DNA of 59,985 nucleotides, counting the filler, from Sphacelaria rigidula (taxonomy: Eukaryota), in NCBI GenBank assembly GCA_964200075.2. It is 6 parts of 6 records of this genome, joined end to end, with 100 filler letters (N's around TTAATTAATTAA, not from the genome) between each part and the next. Parts side by side here need not be neighbours in the genome. Positions count along the whole stretch, not along the records: positions 50,072 to 59,985 come from CAXNAA020007498.1; 5 more parts are not named here. The stretch is one strand, 5' to 3'. Made by a program: the position numbers and the translations under genes. Shown here piece by piece: positions 50,072 through 59,985 of this stretch. The notes under the pieces were generated by a model. That model worked only from the letters and a program-made list of their open reading frames with translations. It was not told where the DNA came from and did no database searches. Each line of letters opens with the position of its first letter. The first letter of the stretch is position 1.

Positions 50072-51559
50072 TCTTTCGTGCAAGACAGATATGCCACTTC
50101 AGCCCCATATTTTGTATGAACCCCAAAATAGAACATCGGCTGTTATGTATTGTGGTCATCACTTGTACTCTTTTCCAGAGTTTCAGTGCTCGTGATCGTA
50201 AGGCTGATGTTGCATGAGATGCAACAGTGGGAAACTGTGTTTCATTGCCCTCTTTTATATTTTTAAGATGATCGAACAATCTTGGCACTAGGGCTTGAGG
50301 ATAGAACCGCCAGTACATGTTGCCACGATACCCTCCCGGTTCTGTTCCCCGTCTCGGCTCGTACCTGAACTTGATGATATTACCTGTGTTGCTGGACGGA
50401 CTCCCGGGTGTCTTGCTGCAAGTGTCGTGTTGTGCTCAAGGTCGCATGTATAATCGTTTTGTGGTGCGGTACAGACAATGATATGTTTCGCGATACTCAC
50501 AGGAGGGCTCTGGGACGCTACTTCAAAAAAAAACGAATCAAGAGAAAAATATTCTTCCGATAGATGGATGGGTGGGAGCTGATCGAGTCACCCACTATTT
50601 TACCTGTCATTTGGCGCCCCAACTTGAGGCAGGGTTTACCTGGTGGGGGGTAGACCTATGGAGGGTTGGCTTGTGCATAGATTTCCTCAACTGCATGGTG
50701 CAAAAATAAATAAATCGAATGTATGGAAGTTACTCGCAGGCGAGCAGACCTGGATATATCGATTTTTAAATCCCGAAAATGAGCCAACCCTTCTTTTTGT
50801 TTTGTTGCGGCGTCGGTGTAGTATATTAATCGCGTTGCTTCCACGGCATATTTTCACATGTGAGTAGACATTATGTGTTGTTTGACATTTCATGGGTGAT
50901 GGTGGGATAATCATGCATAATGTAGTGTATATTGTGAGAAAAGTACACGTCGGTTCTGTACATGAAAAAATGTTTTATCGCCGCTTTCTTGACAAAAAAG
51001 AAGAAAATAGTGAGCTCATATCCCGTATTATACAAGCGTATACCAGTCCTATTCAGCGCTGGTGAGCGACCTACTATGATGCCGACGGTTCAAATATTCA
51101 ACTAAAGAAAACTGAAAGAAAAATGAAAGAGTAACGTTTCCACTCAAGTCGTTGCATACTCAGCCGGTGATATATAGTCTGAGTCTGAGTCGGTCGTGTA
51201 TCGACGTACAACAAAATGAAGGCAGAAATCAAGAGTGAGGCTAAATCAAAATGCAAAAAAGAAAATGAAATGCTGCGTGAGGATTGCTTGCGGCAAACGA
51301 TCGTGAATAACGATTTATTTTGTGCGGGGCATGAGCCATTTCCTTTTGTCTCCTCCTTTTTTATTTTTTTGTTGGAATCTGTTGGTATCTGTGGTCTGTT
51401 TAATGATAACTCTCCAACTGCGCCACTGCCACTCGAGACTCCAGCGTCATCACTATTGCTATTACAACCACCACCGTCTTTGCCATAGCCGTCACTCCCA
51501 GTGTCACAGTCGTCATCGTCATCATCGGGGGCCACCTCGTCCCCCAACCCCTCTCGACC

Positions 51560-54500
51560 CGTGTCGCGTCTGGCCCTCAGCCATCTTTGCTCGAATTCCG
51601 GCCCATCTACGACCAGATCCCCGGGAGTGACCGCGATAGGCTGCTTCGCGGCGAGCCTCCTTTTTTTTCTCTCTCGATCCTATTACAGCATGCTGCGTGC
51701 CATCTGCGCTGCCTATCGCAGCGGTAATGTAGGAGTCTCTGGGGCCATTGTGCGGTATTTTCGATCATATCCCCATCACGACCCCCTCCCCGACCGTATC
51801 CCATTCCAAGTGGTAGAATGGGCAGGTATCTGAGACCTCCAAATACAGTGCCGCTTCAGGCTGGCAGGCTTCCCTGCCGGGTTCTAGGAGGCGCCTGAGT
51901 TGTCTATTGGATGCGAACAATACCAGGCGAATACATTGCTGATCCAGGATTTCTTGAGGTATCGACTGTACAGCCTCTCTGGGCGTGTTGTATACCCTGT
52001 GCTTTCCCCACAAGGGAATTTCGGGGTGTACGATCTTCTGCTGGCCAGGCTTCGTTATGAGGAACAGCTAGTTCATCTGATTGAACGTCGAGCGCTGCGA
52101 CCGAAATCATGGACAAGGTAGAGACGGCCGGCGGCAACGAACATGAGGAAGTCAAGTCGGGATACGGAGGAGGGGCGGTGTTTGGAAACAGCGCTCAGAC
52201 AGGGGTCTCAAAACCAGGTTGTGTAGTTGTTCCCGGAACCACATGTCCCCCGGGCATCGCGATGTGGACGCGCCCATAAATGGACCCGAAAAAACTGTTT
52301 TTTCACGAAGTGCGGTGAAGCGGGAGGGAAAAAAACTCTATTCCACGCAGCAAAAAAAAACTACATCTCCAACGGTGCACGAAAAAAAAACGCGCACACC
52401 GGTGTCCCCGTTTCTCATTTGGACCTCTCGGGGGGTAGGGTGAGGGGCGTACTCGTTTGTTGCTTGCCTGAGTCATTTGATCATTGACCACGCATCTTTT
52501 TTGAGACGGAATACCGTTCCTACTCTTCATAGACACCTCTCCACCTTTTTCCACGTATTGGACAAGAACCTTTCGCATCCCCGTTCTGTTTCACCGTCTT
52601 TGGCCACCACCTATCTCCTACGAGAGCCATCGTTTTCTCCCTATTGTCTAATGCATCAAACGATCGCATACCGCCTTTGTTCACGTCCCGGATTTCTCCC
52701 TTTACCACGTCCCGTTCCGTCCCGTTCGGGTAGGGGGGGGGGGTTACTCATTTGTTGCTTGCCTTAGTCGTTTTGTTCGGGTAGGGGAGGGAACGGTTCA
52801 CAGGTGTTCGTCTCGGTTCTTTTCTCGTGCACCCCCGACATCCCCTCAAATCATGAGACACTCACGTACGTATCAGGACGCAAACCGCGGTAAGAGGCGA
52901 GGAAAAAGAGGACTACGGGGTCACAGTGTCCTTATCGCCCCACATGCAGCGCTGTTCTCACCTCCAGCTTGAAGCCGAAAGACTGTGCAGCACCCGTTAT
53001 GATATTTTCGGTCGTGTCTCCCGGACCCCGAACCAGCAATCCTGCCGGCGTTGTGTCTGCGGGCAGCGCCGATGGGAGCAGCGTCGGCCCCACGTACACC
53101 TCGCCGCTGATATCATACTGCTGGTAAAGGTGACGCATGAACACAAGCGAGGTCGGGATCATTGGTGTGGGCTTCATCTGGCACATCAGATATTAGTCGC
53201 GAGTAATCAAATCCGATTCGGTGCCTGCACATTGGCCAAAGACGCGGAGTAAGGATTGCGATACCTCGAGCAAGTATTCGGTTTTTCGGGGGCTTGTCTT
53301 GAACATCCCCGACATGAAGGCCTTTTGGAAGGCCCTCTCCATACGGCCCTCAACCTCGGCCGCGAGACCGCGGTTGTTGAGGAAGAGCTCCGTGGGTCGA
53401 CCAAGCTCGAGAGCGGCTTCCAGTAGCTGCGTGCTCTCCACCCCGATCCCCATCACGGCATCGCCTGCCAGGGTGAACCTGTCCGATGACAGCACGATGA
53501 TCCCGACGTCATGAAAGATTCACCACAACCAATCACTGTGGGGAGCATTTCGAATTTGATGATTCCCGCTCGAAGCTTTCCCTGAAATTTGTCCCAACAT
53601 GTATTAAATACCACGTGCATGTATGCCTCGGATCTCTCTGGTATTTCGGAACCCCCTCCGTTTGACCAAAAGCACAACATCCGGAAGTGTTGTTGGCCAC
53701 AAGGCTTACAATGACATCGACTCATCTCATGTGTTTCACGGCGCGGCATGTTCCAACGCCACCCGCCCACCGGAAGTGAAGTTTCCACTACGATCGTCGA
53801 AAGTGCATACTGTCTCACACGGGAAGGAGGATACGGGGTCAGGAAGTATGTTATCACCTGTTGACGAACATAGTCAGTACCCGCGGCGGCAAGGAATTGA
53901 CGGGTCCCCCAACAGGCCCGCCCTGTTTGTACGCGAGCTTGTCTTTTGGCCCCCCGCCCATCGTTTGCCAGCATTCCGGCACTTTGCCGTTGGTCTTCGT
54001 GCCGTAGGGATCGTCGAAGGTCATCCTCGGGTTGGCCGTGAATGTTTTGTTCTCTTCGCTCGGTTGCTTGTGTGCCACCATAATGCCCTCCATGTGAGGG
54101 TAAAAATGATACCTCTCGTGTTTCGTTCGGGAATCTCCGTGGCGGCTGGAGTATTCTACTAGCACGTAGTCGTCTTCGACCACCATTGAAGGGTCGGCTT
54201 CGATCGCGCCTGCGTAGGGGTGCGCACCGCGGTGGATCGAAGCGACGGTGGATGTTCGGGGGGTGCCAGGGGAGTATCAACATCACCATAGGACGCCGTA
54301 TCAGAGCAATGAAGAATGTAGGAAAGCGGCGATTCAATGTGACGGACGAAACGAAGCGCACAATTTACCCTATCCGCGCTCGTGTGGCGGATACCGAATA
54401 AGATGTGTCTACCCTGTTTTCAGCAACATTCATGCCGCGGTTGTGCTTGTCACGAACCGTGCAGACCGTGATACCTTGGATACGATGTCCGTGTCGATTC

Positions 54501-57500
54501 CAGGGCCGCGGGACTGCAAAGGCAATGGTGCCCATCGGATGCAAGACTTCCAGTACCTTTTCAACGAACCGCCTGAAGTATCCCTTGTCGTCATCATTTG
54601 GCGTGCTCAGCGTTGTTTTCTCGACATCGATGGAGACTATGATGAGCTTCGGCGGTCTCTTCACAGGGAGTGGCTCTTGTTGGTCGATAAGAGCGCAGTG
54701 GCGGCGGAGTAGATTACCCTCGTGTATGCTCGTGTGATGAGCCCTGTACAATATCACGTCGCAATCACGCAATAGCATCGTCAGTTTCCCTTCGTTGCGC
54801 GCTGGTCGTCCGCACGTCGCGGGGTGTAGCCTGTGTTCTAAGATACAGCCCCTCCCGAGAAAGTGCTTGGTTCGGGGAGGGGGCGACAACCGCCACGTAA
54901 AATCGATGACAAAATATCCTCATATTGAGCAGATTGGGATATTCACGCTTCTGTTTGTTTTCGTCCATGTCGAGTAAACAAGGCCCTCCATGCACCGTGG
55001 AATCGAACATCACGTGGTGGATAGCCATTCATTGTTTGGCTGGCGGTTTTGGACTGGCGTTGGGGTGGGGGCCAATCCGGCGTGATTCTTCGGCGTGCGT
55101 TCGACTACGGTGGCTAAGCTGGCGGCTGCACCGTCAGGTATTCATAGTCGAGCAGTGCGCGAGGTTGAACGAAAGACAGGAGAACCTACAAACAGCTGCG
55201 CTTGACAGTCCCAGTGTCGCATGTCGACCGACTCATGCATGCTGTCACAACCGCTGTCCAAGGGAGCAATATAAAGGTAAGTTTCAGTCGACGACACAGT
55301 CTCCACAACGGCAACCTATCCTCGCATCTTCTGCTTTCCACGGTGGGACCGGCAGGGGGTAGCATTTGCCCTGCCTGTGACGATTTCTTCCCCTTCTTTT
55401 CAGGATTCCCTCCGCCTCCGACCCCGTCAGTTCTGTCCCCTTTCCTCTTCTGGCGCCCCGGCTCGTCCTCGCAGACAAGGCAGAGACGTCGCTTCCTCTC
55501 GGCAAGAGATGCATCCTCAGAGACGGGCACAAGCAGCTCCCAAAATGTCTGGTGCTTCATCCCGCAGTGTACGCAATGGTATCTGCCATTGCGAGGACGG
55601 CATGAAAGTGTCGAGCGGTTGGCGGTCTTCCAGGTAAGGTGATTGTTGTTTCAATCATTACACGTGCCGATCTTAGAACGGTAGCATTGTACTTCGGGAG
55701 GTCAACTGGTGTGCTCGGCACCGTCGAAACGGCTTGCGTGTTGATCCATGCTATCCCTTCTCACCTGACGTCTGATGATGGGTCGCACGAGGGACACAAT
55801 TCGTCTTTGCGGCTGCCCTCAGCTAGTCGTTAACAATCACTATCATCCTCCTCCCATTCACCAGCATCCTCGTCGTCGGCTTACTTGTCGCCCGCGTTCG
55901 CCAACTTCAAGCGAGCGATGGTGTTGTTGGCCTCGTCCCACCTCTTCCTCCAGATAATCGTTGTACCGCCTCAGGGCCCCTCTTTGTGCTTTCTGCGAAA
56001 ACAGGCCGTGATTGAAAATGTAGGTGAACAACCTCGTGGAAATGTTTCACGTGTCACCCGATCACGTGGGTGTACCATCCTTGATGTGCCCATGACTGGC
56101 ATGCGCCAATTTCGCGCGTCGCAAGCCCGTTCTGCGCGATCTGGATTTATTTATCACAGCAGCATGACCAATCCACGTTACGTTTGTATCGTCTCGGCGA
56201 CCTATCGCCCGAATAACTCACTATTCAACATTCAACTCTTGACTTTTGTGTGTCGGTCACGTACCAGGTGCAGCCGCCGATGGAGTTTGCCGAGACAGAC
56301 GTCTTCGAACGCCTTCATGGCTGCTCCGTTCCGTTCTTCCTCGGGCAGGCTTGCCCGTGTCTCTTCCATGCTGCTGTCTACCGATTTGATGAAGTCCGTG
56401 ACGTGCAGCTTGAAATCCTCCAGCCCGTATGTGCCGCGAGTCAACTCGCGAGCAACCCTAGTCACGATTATGTCCGCGGAGCGCAACATTCCTCCCGTGA
56501 GTGTAACAGCGCTTTTGCCCCTCATGCTAGCAAAGTCATTTCGTAATGCTAGTAGTCATACAAAAGATTCGGCTCGTGGAGCGCACCCTATGCCCGAATT
56601 CCACGAAATATGTGCTCGACGATCCATGCTCGCAAGATGGGATTCATGCTCAATTATGCTTGCAATATCCAACAAGCGCCATTTTTGACCGGATCCAGAC
56701 CCACCGATCACTACATGCATACTACACGCTGTGAATATTTGTTTAGATATATGGAGTGAAATAAGAAACGAAAGTCAACCCGGCAGTTTGAATGACTGGT
56801 ATATCAGACCCGGCCGCGGTCAATTATAGCAGAGTTCAACCCCAACATATCACACCACTTCGACATTCAAATCATTGTTGCCAACTCTACCGGAGAATTC
56901 AAGCTCGATTATGCCCATTCAAAAATTAGTATCGATTACGCTACTTGCCGAAACGCTGCGCCATCTATGCCACCTGCTGAAACGCTACACTTTTTATGCA
57001 AGGTGGAATGATGCCAGAAAGGTTACTAGCGCAAGGGGCGCAAGTCTAAGCGTGACACAAACATGTGCTGCACGCGCGATCCTTGGTTCCGAAATACTGT
57101 AGCCTACGACAGCGGTTACGGCCCACCGCAGTCGACGCGCGTGTTACAATTAATGCAGACTTACTCTTCGAAGACGTCGGTCCACGCCTCACGAGGGATC
57201 TGCCTCTCTGAACGCTCCAGGAGGGTTGCGGCTGTTTGTGCATCTGTGGAGATACGCCCCCAGTCCTCGCTTTAGGATTCGTCTTGTTCGCCGTTTGGAA
57301 CCTGCGGCGAGAATATATAATGCGTGCTGTGAAGAGTACATAAGACTTTTCACCTGTTAGGCGCTACATGACGGGGCCAAGGGAAACCGCATGTGGCGAG
57401 CCTGATATCCCGCCCACCGGCAACTCTGTCTGGTGCTCTCGGTTTCGGAGACCCTTCCACGGGATCTTGAATGTACGAGAGTCCGATGTTGATGAGAAAC

Positions 57501-58300
57501 GTTAGCGTCTGAAAACGATCATCATCGCCGATGTGAAATAGGCATATCATTTTCCATATTGAGCGGTGTGTGATCAGAGGGTGGCCGCTCCAGGGCGTGC
57601 CTCAACGATGCACAGTCGGCGTCTGTGTTTTTGTGGGCGTCGGGTCCGGGTGCGTTACACGATGCATTGTACGTCGAAATCCCCAGCTATTGACCCTGAC
57701 ACAAGATGCAATAAACTAGGGGTCATGTGATTATCTAGCCGCATTAGACGGGTGGTGTGTACCTGATGAGCATGTTGATCGCGATGGATTGGGCCTGGGG
57801 TTTATCATGCAGGTCTGCGTACTGCTTGCTTCTGAGAAAAGCCAGGGATATGGCTCCCGAATCAACGCCACGGTTGTCGCATTGAAACGCCCAAGCGATG
57901 GCCTTCATCACTTCTGGCGATGTCGACACAACTGCTTTTTTCCATTGCCGTAGAGTCGTCATGGACGGGACCCGCACGTGCAGCTGTCGTTTTCAAGAGG
58001 GGGCGGGGGTGCCTTCAAGCGTTGACGGGCGTAGGAAACATGTGTATGTTACTGTCGAACATTTCTACTTTTTCTCGGGCCATTGCCACGCGATTCAAGT
58101 CACCCCGCGCGCGCTGACAAAGCGCAGGAAGAACAATACGGAATTCAGGCAGGGCAATCGGACGTGGTTCAACACCATCAACCGTTCTCTAGTATCTTCA
58201 TTTGACGTATTCGGAAACCATGGGTGTAAGCAGTGAAAGTGAGAAATGATCGAACAAAGAAAGTGGTCCGCTGACCCCAGATCCGAATCAAGCAACCTCA
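51560..58300 (-). pseudogene. Decayed multi-exon coding region of unknown family
   Basis: Long protein-like minus-strand frames broken by single stops or frameshifts (56265-56693, 54365-54889, 53854-54186, 52962-53495, 51765-52013); donor sites ctg|gtacgt (56264), gag|gtgaga (52961), cag|gtacac (57762). Confidence 0.6.
52431..52478 (+). repeat. Short dispersed repeat (also ~52728-52773, and inverted at ~34826-34870)
   Basis: gggg..tactc.tttgttgcttgc.t.agt..ttt in three places. Confidence 0.7.
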
Positions 58301-58676
58301 ACTAACCTCAGCTTCTCGTACGTTGCCGCAATGGGGGGCGGAGTGTATGGGCTGGTCACCCCCGCTCACGCGTGGATACAATCATATTCACACACCCGAG
58401 CCCTGGCAACGAGTGGAGCGAGAACCGAAAGAGCAGGCGTACGTCTTCTTCCTGCAGCCGACTGCCGCGTCGGAGCGTACTGTAGGGTGTAGCATCGTGG
58501 GCGGTGTCATACAGTGCACGCCACACCTTCGTGGAGTCGGCAATGCGGTACAGCAGCAGTGTTGGTCCCGTGAAACGATATACTCCCATCTACTCGAGAA
58601 CAAATTGAAATCAAAACCCGAAGAACTGCCTTGTTATAACTCTTGCATAGTTCCGCGCTTCAACAGAGAGCTAGGC

Positions 58677-58762
58677 GGAATTTGACACCTTGCGATGATT
58701 TGTGTCACTCATTGAGGTGGGAATTTGACACCTTGCGATGATTTGCGTTTCTCATTGAGGTG
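58677..58762. repeat. 43-bp tandem duplication
   Basis: ggaatttgacaccttgcgatgatttg.gt..ctcattgaggtg twice. Confidence 0.9.
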
Positions 58763-59985
58763 AGCCCTGGACATTTCCCCCTTCCTCGGTGGTCGCAGTT
58801 ATCATTTTGGTCGAAGAAAAAAATTCGTCCGGGAAGGGTAAAATCCAGAAAAATATGGCGGATTTCTCGGTATTTGACCGTTTCCCGACTGTTCTTGGAC
58901 TCAAGTTCTTGGTTGGCGAAAATAGAAACTACGGCCACCGGAGAACGTGGAAATGTTCTGGAACCCACCCGACAAGTAGAGGAAATCATTCCAACGTGTC
59001 GGTGTCCACCCAGCCCCAAAATAGCACGTCCTCAGATTTCTACTCACCGTCGTAAACTCCCCTGCAATCGCTTCCGCTCCGACATTATCTTTTTTCGTGC
59101 GATCTTGTATGGAGCCGATGATCCTCATGAACATATAAAGTTTATCGTAATTGTTCCGTTCTGACAGCGTCTCTCCCACCTCGTTCAAAGCTATGCCGTT
59201 GTGCCGACACGAATATGTGGGTAGTGAACGTTTTGACGTGATCGATTAGGGACGGTGACTCGTGCAGTCGGTGTGCAGGTTGTGAGCTACAAACTCAAGA
59301 CCTCAGGTAAAGCTTTATTTTTTTAATGATTGACAAAACTTCGGGTGCCCAACTTGTCTCGCCCGCGTGATAGACGGCGCGCATCGTGAGGGGATACCGC
59401 TACAATGCCACAACAAGGACGGGAATGAGGCGCATCAAGAACGCCTGATTAAGAAAAAGGTTGAAACGGGGCTTTAAAACAAAAAATAGTTGAAAAAAAC
59501 AAGGGAGCTTGATTCAAACACCTGTTCACATGATGGTTCAAACTCCATCTAAATCATTCTCGGCTACGACCGCAACCTTGCAGCATAGAGCACGAGTTGA
59601 GCACAGAGATAGCTTCACTACAGTAGTCGGGTTTGCTTCTCTAATTTTTCGTTGGGGAAAACTTGCGCATGTTCTCTTATGGCAGGCATCAGGGACGAAA
59701 CTGCGTTGGGATAGGTGGAGCGCGATCCCAACGGACTGGGGTCCAAGAAATCTAACTACGGGAGAAAATTGCCTGTAGACGGGCTGAAGTGCTCCCACGT
59801 GTAAAAACCGAGGTTTGTCGCCGTAAAAGTCGCTTTAAAACCCTATCCCCAATCCGCGTACTGTAAGGCCGGATGTTGTGGCAAACAGACTTTCGGCCCG
59901 CGGATTGTTCACTTTTGGAACGTTTGATCCATATTTTGATCCCCAAACAGGGAAAACCGCCAACACACGTCTCGGACACTTTGCA

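Noticed and set aside
50612..50629. tRNA-Lys-like PBS (tggcgccccaacttgagg)
   Set aside because: No recognisable LTR upstream or gag downstream.
55885..56688. 267-aa plus-strand ORF
   Set aside because: Ser/Arg-rich antisense of the more protein-like minus-strand frame.

Overview
Repeat-rich eukaryotic DNA, most consistent with a brown alga or related stramenopile (inferred from TTAGGG-type repeats, spliceosomal intron signals and the style of the retroelements; not proven). The window is not contiguous. It is six near-equal pieces (1-9915, 10016-19929, 20030-29943, 30044-39957, 40058-49971, 50072-59985) joined by 100-nt N44-TTAATTAATTAA-N44 spacers, so adjacency across spacers means nothing. 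Piece 1: a frameshifted chromodomain-bearing Ty3/Gypsy element with both LTRs, PPT and PBS. Piece 2: MITEs, tandem repeats, a 92-bp loopless palindrome and one credible terminal exon of a host gene. Piece 3: two tandem copies of a second Gypsy 3' half with a long non-coding tail. Piece 4: an array of ~100-bp piggyBac-like MITEs and two tRNA-headed SINEs. Piece 5: nested foldback repeats, GAG...CTC (Sola2-like) MITEs and decayed gag/protease sequence. Piece 6: a ~6.7-kb decayed, apparently spliced minus-strand coding region that I cannot assign to a family. It has faint Ulp1-protease-like, C4 zinc-finger and SAM-methyltransferase-like motifs and is the best candidate here for something undescribed. 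No rRNA, intact tRNA gene or CRISPR array was found. All family assignments are by eye; no searches were run.
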